Assembly: GCF_009914755.1 (NCBI RefSeq)
Contig: NC_060940.1
Reading direction: 5' to 3' (one strand)
DNA length: 64,000 nt
Source: the human T2T-CHM13v2.0 reference genome, Homo sapiens
The translations under genes were made by a program, and so were the position numbers. Shown here piece by piece: positions 13,140 to 24,712 of the stretch. Below the pieces are notes generated by a model. That model was given only the letters and a program-made list of their open reading frames with translations. It ran no database searches and was not told the origin of the DNA. Each line of letters opens with the position of its first letter. The first letter of the stretch is position 1.

Positions 13140-13147
13140 ATGCAAAT
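13140..13147 (+). promoter_or_regulatory. VH promoter octamer
   Basis: ATGCAAAT ~130 bp upstream of the ATG at 13274. Confidence 0.9.
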
Positions 13148-13273
13148 AGAGCCCTCCCTCTCCTGATGAAAACCAGCCCAGCCCTGACCCTGCAGCTCTG
13201 GGAGTGGAGCCCCAGCCTTGGGATTCCCAGGTGTTTCCATTCAGTGATGAGGACTGAACACACAGGAATCACC

Positions 13274-13731
13274 ATGGAGTTTGTGCTGAGCTGGGTTTTC
13301 CTTGTTGCTATATTAAAAGGTGATTCATGGAGAACTAGAGATATTGAGTGTGAATGGGCATGAATGAGAGAAACAGTGGGTATGTGATGTGTGGCAATTT
13401 CTGACCTTTGTGTCTCTCTGTTTGCAGGTGTCCAGTGTGAGGTTCAGCTGGTGCAGTCTGGGGGAGGCTTGGTACAGCCTGGGGGGTCCCTGAGACTCTC
13501 CTGTGCAGGCTCTGGATTCACCTTCAGTAGCTATGCTATGCACTGGGTTCGCCAGGCTCCAGGAAAAGGTCTGGAGTGGGTATCAGCTATTGGTACTGGT
13601 GGTGGCACATACTATGCAGACTCCGTGAAGGGCCGATTCACCATCTCCAGAGACAATGCCAAGAACTCCTTGTATCTTCAAATGAACAGCCTGAGAGCCG
13701 AGGACATGGCTGTGTATTACTGTGCAAGAGA
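13274..13731 (+). CDS. IGHV3OR16-10: IGHV3 orphon V segment with open frame (IGHV3-13/3-47 lineage; OR16-10 or OR16-11 type); exon 1 13274-13319, intron 13320-13427, exon 2 13428-13731
   Basis: Leader [23 protein letters not shown] intron, [35 protein letters not shown]...[17 protein letters not shown]...DMAVYYCAR with both Cys and the conserved Trp. Symbol is from recall; the paralog number is uncertain. Confidence 0.9.
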
Positions 13732-13770
13732 CACAGTGAGGGGAAGTCAGTGTGAGCCCAGACACAAACC
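13732..13770 (+). promoter_or_regulatory. Canonical 23-RSS
   Basis: CACAGTG 13732-13738, 23-nt spacer, ACACAAACC 13762-13770. Confidence 0.95.
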
Positions 13771-15835
13771 TCTCTGCAGAATGCTTGGGGGAAATCAGCT
13801 GCGGGGGGCACACAGGACCCACTGATCAGAGTCATCCCCAGAGGCAAGTTGCAGATGGAGGCTGGTTTCCTGTCAGGATGTGGGACTTCATCTTTTTAGA
13901 GTTTCTCTAGGGAATCTCTCTAAGTTCAGAATTCTGTGCTTACCAATGTCATCTCTACATATTTTTAAAATGATTATTTTAATATGAAAACCTATTCTCC
14001 TATGCACAAAACACAGATTGATGCTTACAGAGATGAAAAGCCCTCAACCATTGTCACCAGGATCAGAGTATTGAGGAAACTCAGGGATACCTGGTGAGTC
14101 TTCTCCAGTCAGACTCAGGACAGAAACCTCAGTGAGATTCCCTGACTAGGACGGTCTTTAGGAATTGTGATCACAGCCAATAGAGTCTGGGCCAGGGTCA
14201 GTGTCGTGTAGAACCTCACAGTTTTCATTCCTGACCCTTCTCCTGACACTAAAGTATGCAACTTAGTATCAGCACTGATCTGGGGCCCCTTTTGCTCTTA
14301 GCCCACTCTATTTCTTTTTATTTGTTGTTGTTGTTCTTGCTCTTCCTTGTGCTGTTCGTGCTTCCTGTAAAGTGGGGATGTGGTTCTTGCTGCCAAAGCT
14401 CGAGGTCTCAAGCCCATTCCCTGCAGCTGAGGTGGGGCTCAGGCTGTGGCTCCTGCAGCCATGTGGGAGAGGCTGATAGGACTTTTCTCTCTCCCATTGC
14501 TCAGCACCCTCCAGTGTGTCATGTGGAGACTCACCTGGGAATGCAAGTGGCCAACAGTAGTGAAGAGGATGAGCTTGTGTGGTCAAAATGGGATGTGGAT
14601 GTGAAATTTATCCTGTGCTGTGCAAAGTACCACAGAGTGAGTCACCTTCCTCACCAGTAGTGTTAGAAAGAGGGTGTGAAAGTTGTCAGAATCAAAATAG
14701 ATCCACTTGTGTTAAAACCCTGACAAAAGGAACTAGGAATGACCATGAAGGAGGTTTCCCATGCACATACTCCTGATAACAAGAACGACCATGAATGGAT
14801 TCTGCTTAACCACAACCTTTGATAGAAGCCACCATGACCTTATAAAAATCACATCTACAAGGACATCTTCCCAGCAAATCACTGTTTAACCCTATATTGA
14901 TGCCAACCTTGGTATTGACTCTACAAGCAAGGAAAATACTCTCAAAACAATTTATGTAACCCACCTCATTTTCACTAATAAACCTATGGATTGACATCCT
15001 GGAGTCACTGCTGCATTTGTTGTTAATTGTAATTAGCCCCTTTTACAATGTTTGTGACTGTTTTTCTCCGATGTCTCTTGGAAAATAAATAATTTACAAG
15101 TTGATGGCAGTAAAGAAGCTATTTAGGACATTTTTAACATCCTGTTGAATATTTCTGCATAGCACATCGATCCCCTAAAATACTTCGCTGTATTGGCATG
15201 TGATAAATCAGAGTATAATGCTGAAGGTAAAATGGAAAATACATGGGCTTTTGATGAATCAAGTCATAGGGTGATATTGTCTTTGCCCTTGAGGAAGCAG
15301 ACCATGGGCTGTTAAGTTCTAGTGGGAGTACCTTTGGCAAAAGGATTTCATGAGTTTCTGAATGTTATGCTACTTTCAATTTAAGAATGCAACTTGTCAT
15401 TTATTTTTACTTAAATTTTTCCAGAAGATATTTGGCAGTAAGGACAGGGTAGCATTCGTGTGATACTGATGACTTAGAGAATTATTTTGTAATTTCTCCT
15501 GTAAGGTATGCACATTGCTCACTCGATACAGAAGGTCAAATGTCACAGGTGGGAAAATAGGAATAAAGCAAATTTTATTAAATGTCATGACTGTAGTTTT
15601 TGGCAAGGAAGTGCTTCATGTCAACCTGAAAACAGACAGACAACAATAAAACATATTCAAACCCACAGGGAGTCAGACCTATGTCCTTCTCTCGTATAAG
15701 TACAAGGCCTTGCCACATCCAAACTATCCTTTAAGCTCCAGGGTATAAAATGCTTTTGGACTGTGGAAGCTAACAGCTCTCCCCTCAGGCAGGGCTAAGG
15801 TATCTGGGGAATGCAGAGTTGTGTTCACGAAGAAG

Positions 15836-16150
15836 ATGGCATTATGTCTGTCTTCTCCTGTGCCTGGTGACGGCTCCCCCAGGGTGAGTGTCTCAGATGT
15901 GGGTCTATGGGGTGAGTGTAGGTACATGTGACTGACAGGGACTGATTCCCCATGTACTCACATGCCCTGTCCCAGGAGCAGCTGCAGGAGTCAGCCCTGG
16001 ACCTGAAGAGCCTGCACTGCCCCTCTGCATCACCTGCACTGTTTCTGGCCACTCCATCACAACCAGTCCTTACTACTGGGCCTGGATCTGCCGGCTCCCA
16101 GGGAGGGGCTGAAATGGGTAAAATGCATTGCTAGTGGTGGTGGGAATCCA
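15836..16150 (+). pseudogene. IGHV clan II (VH4-like) relic, 3'-truncated
   Basis: Leader remnant CTTCTCCTGTGCCTGGTGACGGCTCCCC with GTGAGT donor at 15884; acceptor altered to CAT; QEQLQES... then, after a frameshift, ITCTVSGHSITTSPYYWAWI; cut after FR2 by L1 sequence. Confidence 0.8.
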
Positions 16151-16445
16151 TTCATCTTGTGGAAAATGGCAGCATCTCTTTATTTTATAAGGCAGAATCA
16201 TGTTATATTGTATACACATACCACATTGTCTTTATCCATTTGTCCATCGACAGACACTTAGTTTCCATATCTTGGCTGTTGTGAATAATGCTACAATAAT
16301 CACAGGAGAGCAGGTATCTTCACAAGGTGGTAATTTCATCCCATTTGGGTATATTTCCATAAGCTGGATCGCTGGTCATATGGTATGTCTGTTTTAATTT
16401 ATTTAGAAGCCACCACACTGTTTTGCATAATGGTAATGATGGGAA
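16150..16445 (-). mobile_element. Old L1 (L1M) 3'-region fragment
   Basis: TATATTGTATACACATACCACATTGTCTTTATCCATT...CTTGGCTGTTGTGAATAATGCTACAAT. Confidence 0.7.
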
Positions 16446-18970
16446 TGTAGAATGTCATAGCCACTATGAAGAACAGTTTTAGATTTGAGGTATAATCCAA
16501 AAACACATAGTGTTTGATCATGGTTCTCATATGAGGCTCTAATAAACCTAGTGGAAGTCCAGAAAGTTTTCCCACCTTGGGCAAGGATGAGTTTGCCCCT
16601 AATTATCTTTAAGGCAGAATATTTGCAGAATGTGAGATGGAGTCTGTTGGCAGGATTCAGGATGATTCAGTAATAAATAGTAATGGCACAGAAAAATAGG
16701 GAGTTAGAGACATGCAGAGAAAGAAAGAGATAGAGAGAATATGAATCTTGTAAGAGGAAAATCTGCTGGATATCAGTGTTGGGTTTTCATTCACAGAGAC
16801 ATCAGTGTGAGTGAGAAACCATGAATTCAAGTGAGGAGTGGAGAACATGTTCAGTCTGAAAATCAGCATATTCTCAGAGGCACCCATTGCCCCATGACAC
16901 AGGTGGAGAATTTTGGAAACCAGTGAAGTGTGAGTTCACAATAAGTGATGAAGTTATCATTTTTCCAAACTTTCATTAATATGCAAAGTATTTCTATAGA
17001 TCACTCATGCATATACACACAAAATGTGTTTTTGCATTTATGGATGTCTAGAGAAAAATAAGTGAGAAAATTTTTCCAGGTTGCAGAGATCTGTTTAAGT
17101 TGCAGATTCCATAGGAATGGATACTGGTCTATTAATTAAATAGTTCAAAATTCTCTCTGTTGGAGCAGCCTTCCAATTATGTAGATTTCTTTATTGCTTC
17201 TTGAGTTGTGAAACATAAACCCAAGGATTGACTTACTGGAATTCGACTGGTGTGTTCATAAAATTTCTGATAAGTTTTCTCCCAATGATTTGAGAATAGC
17301 TTTCCTGTTTTTTTACTCAAGGAAATGAATTTTCACAAGGTTTCAGGACATCACATTTCAGGCGTTTTACTTAAAGAGACTCTGCCTGGGTGCAGTCAGC
17401 TTTCTTCTAACCATGAACTCACTTCTTCAGCAAACCATTCAGTTTGTGCCTCTATTAAGAATGATGAAGCTTTTAAACTTCAATGCACTGAAAATCATGC
17501 CCCTTGAATTAAATGTGGATTGGCACTGACATGAATTGGCCACTCTTGGATATGTATCCTATATTATGGGCTCAACTTATTAGCGGACTGAGAATCCTGC
17601 ATTAGCTGCCTCTGACTGTGGCACTGACCAGATTGAGAATCCTCAGAGTCATCCATGGAAAAGAGAATCCTTAGGTTCATGGGGTTTTTGGAGACATTCA
17701 GGTGAGTGGAGGGGAGAAACAGGACTGGGGGTGGCCAGCCATTTCAACAATACTGGGAATGATTAGCATCTAAGTATAAAGGTCTGCATCACTCAAAACA
17801 CCCTGCATGACAGGCTGACAGAAAGAAATCCAACCCCACAGTGGCTCCATAGCAACTCTTTAGTATACTTGGTAGTGAAGCTCTTTCAGGGAAGAAACGT
17901 CCACTCAAGGGACTCAGTGATGCTTCTCTGAGCTACAATAAACAGTGTATTGGACCCAGGTTTCTCTGAGTTCAATGTGATGATTACACTCAGCTGCTGC
18001 TCCAATGAGTTTAAATGAGCATGTGGCAATTTAGATGAGCCTGGCTGTGTGGTATGTTATATGTAAATCTGAACTATGTAAACATAAAGGGCATGTCTGA
18101 ACTAGTGTGAGGGTGAGAGATCTTAGAGGCCCCACACCTCACACTCTTGTGCTTATTTGCTCCAGGAAACTCCAGGTTCTTCGAGTGAAAATCGACATAG
18201 ATCCTTTCCTGGATAAATCATCCAAAGACCTAATCTCTGAGAAATACACACGTACATTTCTCCAGATAGACCATCCAGGGGAAAGACATATCTAGAACCT
18301 TATCTGTATTGGGTAAGGTAGTCCATCTCCATTACAGACCCTCCCAGCAGCCTTCCTTTATCATGAAAGTGGATAAAATTAGCCGATACTGAAATAATCC
18401 TATAATATTACAGCCAGAAAAGGGAAAGCATCAGTTTCATTTCTGGAGACTCTGCATATAGGTCACAGCCCAGAGAAAAAAAGGATGATTGAATTATTAA
18501 GAATCAATTGTAAGAACATATAATACTTCCAGGATGCACACTTTGTTTTCTCACCAGTATAATCTGGGTTAAAGATGAAAGTGTGGCAGTGCACAGACTC
18601 TATCTGAGGAGGAGAACATAGGGAAACTGAAAGACAATGGCAGAGAAAAAGACAAGGACAGTAGGAAAATCTGAAGCCTCTGACATAAATTTTTTGAAGA
18701 AAAGGTCTTGGCAAATCCATTGACCTCAGATTCTTTTATCATGGGGCATTTTCAGGGTTCCTAGCTGAGAAAAAATATTCATGCACTTCCCAAGTCTCCA
18801 CTTGTATTCTGTTTGCCTTAGATCGCTAAGAGAAAAAAGCCATAAACCTAGGCCTAGTGTCTGTGTATGAGGCGCTTTTATAGGCTAGAAAATAGTAAGA
18901 AAGGAGAATATGTGTTATTGGAATAGCATATACAAAGGTGTCTTTATTCTGAATGTATCTGTACCTGCAG

Positions 18971-19287
18971 ATATTCTCAGATGCAACATTCAACTGCAGG
19001 AGCCCAACGAAGAAACTAGGCATTCCCCAAATCCTACAAGTTTTTGTATTCATTATGTGTCCACTGATTCAGGAAATGTGAAGCTTCAGAAAAGGGACTC
19101 CCTTCTGAGTCATAGAATCTTTTCTGTGGGTATCCCTCAGTAGGTTTAGTGAGGCTAATCAATTGTTAAAAGACATGGTGTTGGCAGCATATGGTGTCAC
19201 TGGCAGAGAATTCTAAACCAGGACACAGCCACTTCATGCTGGGCTAGAGACTCTGAAGGAAAATATCTGTGAGCTCCGACAGAAACC
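18971..19287 (+). pseudogene. Highly decayed IGHV-like relic with 23-RSS remnant
   Basis: CTGCAG acceptor-like site ending at 18970, CAACTGCAGGAG (QLQE, 18991), AAGCTTCAGAAAAGGGACTC (FR2-like), GGACACAGCC (19221), decayed heptamer 19249-19255, exact 23-nt spacer, nonamer ACAGAAACC 19279-19287, V-type 3' flank. Confidence 0.7.
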
Positions 19288-20457
19288 TCATTGCAAGGCA
19301 AGAGCCTGGGTGAAAGGGGGCACTTGGGAGCCACCAAGCACAGGTTCCAGCCCTGGAGCAGGTGCACAGCTGGGGAGGAAGTTTCCTCTCAGGGCCTGGG
19401 TTTTCCTTTGTCAGGAAAAAACAATCTAAAATAACTGTTCAAAAAGTCGCTGACGTGCTTTAGGTATTCTATCACATCAAAACCATTCATATAACTTAAG
19501 GCACTGAGAACTATTTTTTGAAGTGGGTTTCTAGAACTATAATATCTTAGTAGTGAGAATATGAAGGATGGGCATGTTTTTACTAATTCTATGGGTACAG
19601 ATTAGTTGAAGAAACTTCATTCCTATGAATAAGAAATTCAGATTTCAGTGTTAAGTAATGTTGCTTACATTGTGTGAGTGACAGGGCAGTAGTGGATCTG
19701 AGAGTGTGGCAGGTGCACAGACCAAGTGAGTCAGAAATCAATATGGAAAGGTGAGGGTCTGTGGATATGAACTGAAAGTATGTAAATACTTGACAAAATA
19801 CTAATAAATGGAGTTCAAAAATAACCCAAAATTGTTCTAAACACAAATTCCTTGACAATTACTTTGGGAGTAGAGAGTTCATAATGGACTCCAAACTCCT
19901 GCTTTATCTTCTTCTGATTCCCATTTCTGTGAGATGAGAAAATCAGCTCTAATTATGCATCACAGGGCAAATCTGTAAACCAACAGTGTTCAATAGAATT
20001 GAAGATCCTGGGGGATCAGGACATGAGTCAGGTGCTGGAGACAGTGTCTCAGGAGCACCCAGTAGATCTCAGAGGTCCCTCCTGGACACTCATGTGGGAC
20101 ATAAGCGTCACTTTCTCAGAGTCACCAATGAGCTGTGCTGGTGCCTGATGAGTCCAGGAAAAGACCAAGGCACCTGCTCAGTGTGATGGAGAGTGATGGT
20201 TCCAAAAATGATCCAGGTGGTCTCTATGCTAATCAAATATAGGCTTACAGTGAGGAGCCTGTTCTATACGGGCTTATTCTTCAGTGAAAGGATGTCTGTC
20301 CACAAATGTTTGTAAATGGAGCAGGGCATGCATTTCCTCAAGCAGGATTAGGACTTCGACCATCTTCATCTCACTCTTGTAAGGCTGATGTGTCATTTAT
20401 CTTCCCTTTCTTATCACGGATTGGGCTTTGAGTTAAGAAAGGCTTTGTCTTATGAAT

Positions 20458-20490
20458 ATGCAAATATACTGATATCCACTGAGGTAAATA
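20458..20490 (+). promoter_or_regulatory. VH1 promoter: octamer and TATA-like box
   Basis: ATGCAAAT 20458-20465; TAAATA 20485-20490. Confidence 0.85.
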
Positions 20491-20532
20491 TGTTCTGTGC
20501 CCTGAGAGAATCCCCTGAGAGCACATCTCACC

Positions 20533-20820
20533 ATGGGCTGGACCTGCAAGATCCTCTTCTTGGTGGCAGCAGCCACAGGTAAGGGGTTCCCAGGTCCCAG
20601 TAATGAGGAGGGGATTGAGTCCAGTCAAGGGGGCTTTCATCCATCCTGTGTCCTCCCCACAGGTGCCCACTTCCTGGTGCAGCTGGTGCAGTCTGGGGCT
20701 GAGGTGAAGAAGCCTGGGGCCTCAGTGAAGGTCTCCTGCAAGGCTTCTGGATACACCTTCACCTACTGCTACTTGCACTGGGTGCGATGGGTCCCTGGAC
20801 AAGGGCTTGAGTGGACAGGA
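20533..20820 (+). pseudogene. IGHV1OR16-3: IGHV1 orphon pseudogene (IGHV1-12-like), truncated after FR2, no RSS; exon 1 20533-20578, exon 2 from 20663
   Basis: [68 protein letters not shown], then unrelated AT-rich sequence. Symbol inferred from its neighbour; could be OR16-4. Confidence 0.85.
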
Positions 20821-21438
20821 TTTTAGTTATTTGAGATATTTTTCATACAACATTTATTCTGCAAGCAAATTTCAGGGATTGTAGAATGAATCACATTAAC
20901 AAATCTGATACAGAACTTCCTCTGAATCAATCTTTGTAAACATCAATTTCTGAATCAACGTTGTAAATACTTCGGAACACAAGCACAAGTTCACATTTTA
21001 ACTCTACTTTTATCTCTATTTAAAAAATGCCAAAAAATCTCATTTTGTGCATGTAACGTTTTGAATTCCCACCATCAATGCATGACATTTCTTGTTTTTC
21101 CACATTCATGTTACCATTTATCATCATGAGTATTGTGAGTTTTAGCCATGCTGATAGGTGAGTAATGGCATCTAATATTTATTTAAATGCACATGTCCCA
21201 AATAAAAAAATTTATATTAAACAATTTTTATATAATTTTTGCTGAGATGCCTTTCCTGATATTTGGTTCATTTTTATCTCCATTGTTTTCTTTTCATTAG
21301 TTGTAAGTTTACTTGCATATTGATTATAAAAGTCATTTAACAAATTGAAAGAATTGATTTAACAAATATATGACTTGGAAGTATTTTCTCCCAGTCTGTG
21401 GTTGCCTTTTTCTCTCTTATCAGTGGGTATTTCAAAAA

Positions 21439-21441
<3 letters not shown>

Positions 21442-21467
<26 letters not shown>
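21442..21467. repeat. (TG)n microsatellite
   Basis: About 13 TG units. Confidence 0.9.
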
Positions 21468-21469
<2 letters not shown>

Positions 21470-23054
21470 CAAATTTAGACAAAAAACATAAAAAATTATT
21501 CATTCATAGATCATGTATTTGGCATTATATCTGAAGTCTCATTATAAAATACACTAATACTGATTATTTATTCCATGTCTCTAATCTCAGGACACAATCA
21601 ACTCATGAGTGTTTAGCCTTCACCTATTGATTGGAGGAATATCTGCCTGAGATATTTGGAATACTTCTATAAGAAGACGTGTTCTTCTTCCCATCGTTTC
21701 TTTGTTTAATCATCTATTAAAATCCATATTGGTTTATGGATGTCTGTTTCATACTCTGAAGAAGATCCATGCTACATTATTCATTTTCTTGTTCAAATCT
21801 CCACAGCTTTATTAGGTGCTGGGAGCTCATTTAGTTTGGATCCTGCATCCTTACAGCAAAGCTGATCCTTTTGTTTTTGAACACTTCCCTGTTTCCTGAT
21901 ATTAAAATAGATTCTAAGCTTGTTTCTTTATCACCTTTTTCATACATAGAATTAGCCATTTATATAAAGATTGCTTGTTTCTGATTTTAAAGAATAGTGT
22001 TAAAATAAAATATTGTGATAATGGGTATGTGTGTTGTTAATGTGGTATAAGTACTTCTGGGACTTCTCAACCTTCTGTTCTAGTAAATGAGCATGTTTAT
22101 ATGAATCATGTTTATGGACCCATTGAAATTATGTATCTAATCTTCTGTAACTTGATTACATTAAAAATGAGCACACACTGGTCTCTCCACCCAACTATGC
22201 TGCCACATGGACCTTTCTAACCTTCCTTTCTTGACTGTCCATAACCATCCACTACAAAGTGAGGAATCCCATCCAACCATATGCCATTTGATTACTTAGT
22301 TGCACGATTTCAGGACACATGCATAGCGGTTTCAGAAATGTAATGCTGTACCCTTGTAGGAAACATGTTTATCTACTAGATAGAGTGCTTATGTGTGATT
22401 TCTTTACAATTTAAACTTAGAGAACCACCTCATTTTCAAAGTTGCTTACTTCAGGAACCTCATTTTCCACTTTCTTCAGTGAAGTCATTTCAATTGCAGT
22501 GTATAGTTTCATTTATTTGAAATTCTGTAAAAGTCAAAACTATACTCAGGTAAACAGAGAGGATATTCCAGGAATTTAGAGAGTGGGTGTGAAATAAGTA
22601 AAACAGGCCTTGTTTAAGAAGAGTTAAGACTAATTTAGTGATATGCAATGGTTGAGACAAGACACAATTAATTTGTCCCAGCTCATAATTTTGTGATGGA
22701 CAATATAAACCTAAATATACACAATTAAAAATATATTTAGGAATTCATTAACCCCTGGATAAAATGCAGACTGTACAAAATTATCTAATAACATATTTGG
22801 GAGTGTGGGGATATTATGAGATGCATGCAACAAAGGAGGAAGTAATTTTCCTCATTTACATATAAGATGTTTCCATTTACTAAAGATATTTTTTTGAAAA
22901 AAATCAATTTTCTACTTGACCCAGGTTTTCTCTTCCTGATAAGCAAGTAACCCAGAGGATTCCTTTTCTTTCCTAGATTGAGAAAGATTTTTCCCAAACG
23001 TCAGCTGAGTTCAGGCATACCCTGTCCCTGAATGCTCATTTACCCTCAAATGGG

Positions 23055-23312
23055 TACACACACCTGTCAACATGTGGGCTCTTCTGTCAGACAAACACAC
23101 CTTTACTCATGTGGATTCTTCCATCAGACAAACACACATGTCCCCACATGGACTCTTTCCTCAGACTACCACATATGTCCTTACATTTACTCTTTCCTCA
23201 GAAAACAGACATTTCCTCACATTTACTCTTGTCTCAGACAAGCAAACACGTCCCCATGTGAACTCTTCACTCAGATAAGTACACATATGTCCACATTGAC
23301 TGTTTCCTGACA
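23055..23312 (+). repeat. Degenerate ~37-bp tandem repeat, ~7 copies
   Basis: Recurrent ...CTCTT(T)CCTCAGACAAACACACATGTCC... with TCAGA about every 35-38 bp. Confidence 0.7.
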
Positions 23313-23958
23313 CAAGTCCATGTATCTGATGTTGAAATATGTTGCGAAAAGTGATCTCAAGATAATGATAATTATAAACCCCCTCCCTAACAAGGTGTAG
23401 ATCTGCATTATTTTCATTGTAACTCAACTTTGCCACATGGTCAGGAACAGTGGTTTCCAGCTCTAAGTGTACTGATTACGGAGAGATGTCTGTTTTCTCT
23501 GGAAATGTATTTTTATGTTCTTACTGGATGTATTTGATGATAATGTTTTCTACTATGAAGATACCTGAATAGTGTCCACACTGGAGAATAAGAAAGAGTA
23601 ATTGGCAGATTAACCCTGTGTCTCCAGACCCGGGAATCCTTTGACCCTGCCCTCCCTGAAATGGAGACACAGAGGACAGATGAGCAATGCCGAGCGGCGC
23701 ACCCATGACCACAAAAAGAAAGACATGGAAATATGTCCCCTCCCCTCCTCATGAAAGGCAGCTCATCCCCTGTTCCTTCAGGCCCTGGTGAGGAGCCATC
23801 CCATGTGTGTGCCCTTCCTCAGTGTCCACACTGTGGGATCTGCACTGATCTGGGCTTCCCTTCTCATCACCCTCAGTATTAGTGGCCCTTGTGAATCAGG
23901 TCCAGCTGGGGCTGCTCCACATGCGGCTGTTCTCAGTCCATTCTCTCTGTGTTTGCAG

Positions 23959-24141
23959 AAGTCCTATGTGAAGTTCACTGGTGGAGTCTGAGGGGGAAAA
24001 ATTGTACAGCCCAGCGGTTCACTGAGCCCCTCCTGCAAAGACTCTGGATTCACCTTCACAGATTGCAGCATCAGCTTGGGCCAGCAGACTCCAGGCCTGG
24101 GGTTGGTGTGGGTGGCAACAGGGAGAAATTCAAGGGGAAGT
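23959..24141 (+). pseudogene. IGHV clan III relic (IGHV(III)-11-1-like), truncated in CDR2
   Basis: TTTGCAG acceptor ending at 23958, GAAGTTCACTGGTGGAGTCTG, TCCTGCAAAGACTCTGGATTCACCTTCAC; degenerate octamer ATGGAAAT 23725-23732; no RSS. Confidence 0.8.
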
Positions 24142-24634
24142 TTTTACATGCACCGTTACGTGCACGGTCTCACTGACATCTTTACTTCTTTTATCATGTT
24201 TGTTTTGTAAATCACAAAGAATGGTGCATTCTTCATCTATTCTATACTTGTTAAGTATTTTTGGCATCTTTTAAAAAACTGGTAACTTTATCCTATGTAA
24301 TATCCCTGTTAAGTCCTAAAAGTCTTTTTTGATGTCTATTTTTTCTTAACTTTACACAGCTACTATAGATTTATTTTGGTTAACATTTTCATAATCCATG
24401 TTTTCTCATCTTTAGTTTTTACATTTGTGAATATGTACTGTAATTTTCTAATACATAGCTTCTAGTTGGGGCTTGTTTTTTTTAAATCAACTATAGTAAG
24501 TTCTATTTTTAAACTAATATTATTTTTCTGTTATCTTGTTTAAATTAGCACTTCACAATGACGTTTATTTCTCTATTAACATATAATCTAATTCACTTTT
24601 ATAAATATTATATTGTTTACCATAAGGTTTACAA

Positions 24635-24712
24635 TAAGAATTGTATATAATTAGATTGTATAAGAAGTGTATATAATTAGATTCTATAAGAATTGTATAT
24701 AATTAGATTCTA
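24635..24712 (+). repeat. 26-bp tandem repeat x3
   Basis: TAAGAATTGTATATAATTAGATTCTA at 24635, 24661 and 24687, each with at most one mismatch. Confidence 0.9.

Noticed and set aside
14655-15000. Probable LTR fragment
   Set aside because: Family and boundaries could not be assigned with confidence.
17340-17600. Weak VH2/VH4-like words (TTAAAGAGACTCTG; GGATATGTATCCTATATTATGGGCTCAACTTAT)
   Set aside because: No consistent framework spacing or RSS; too weak without a profile search.
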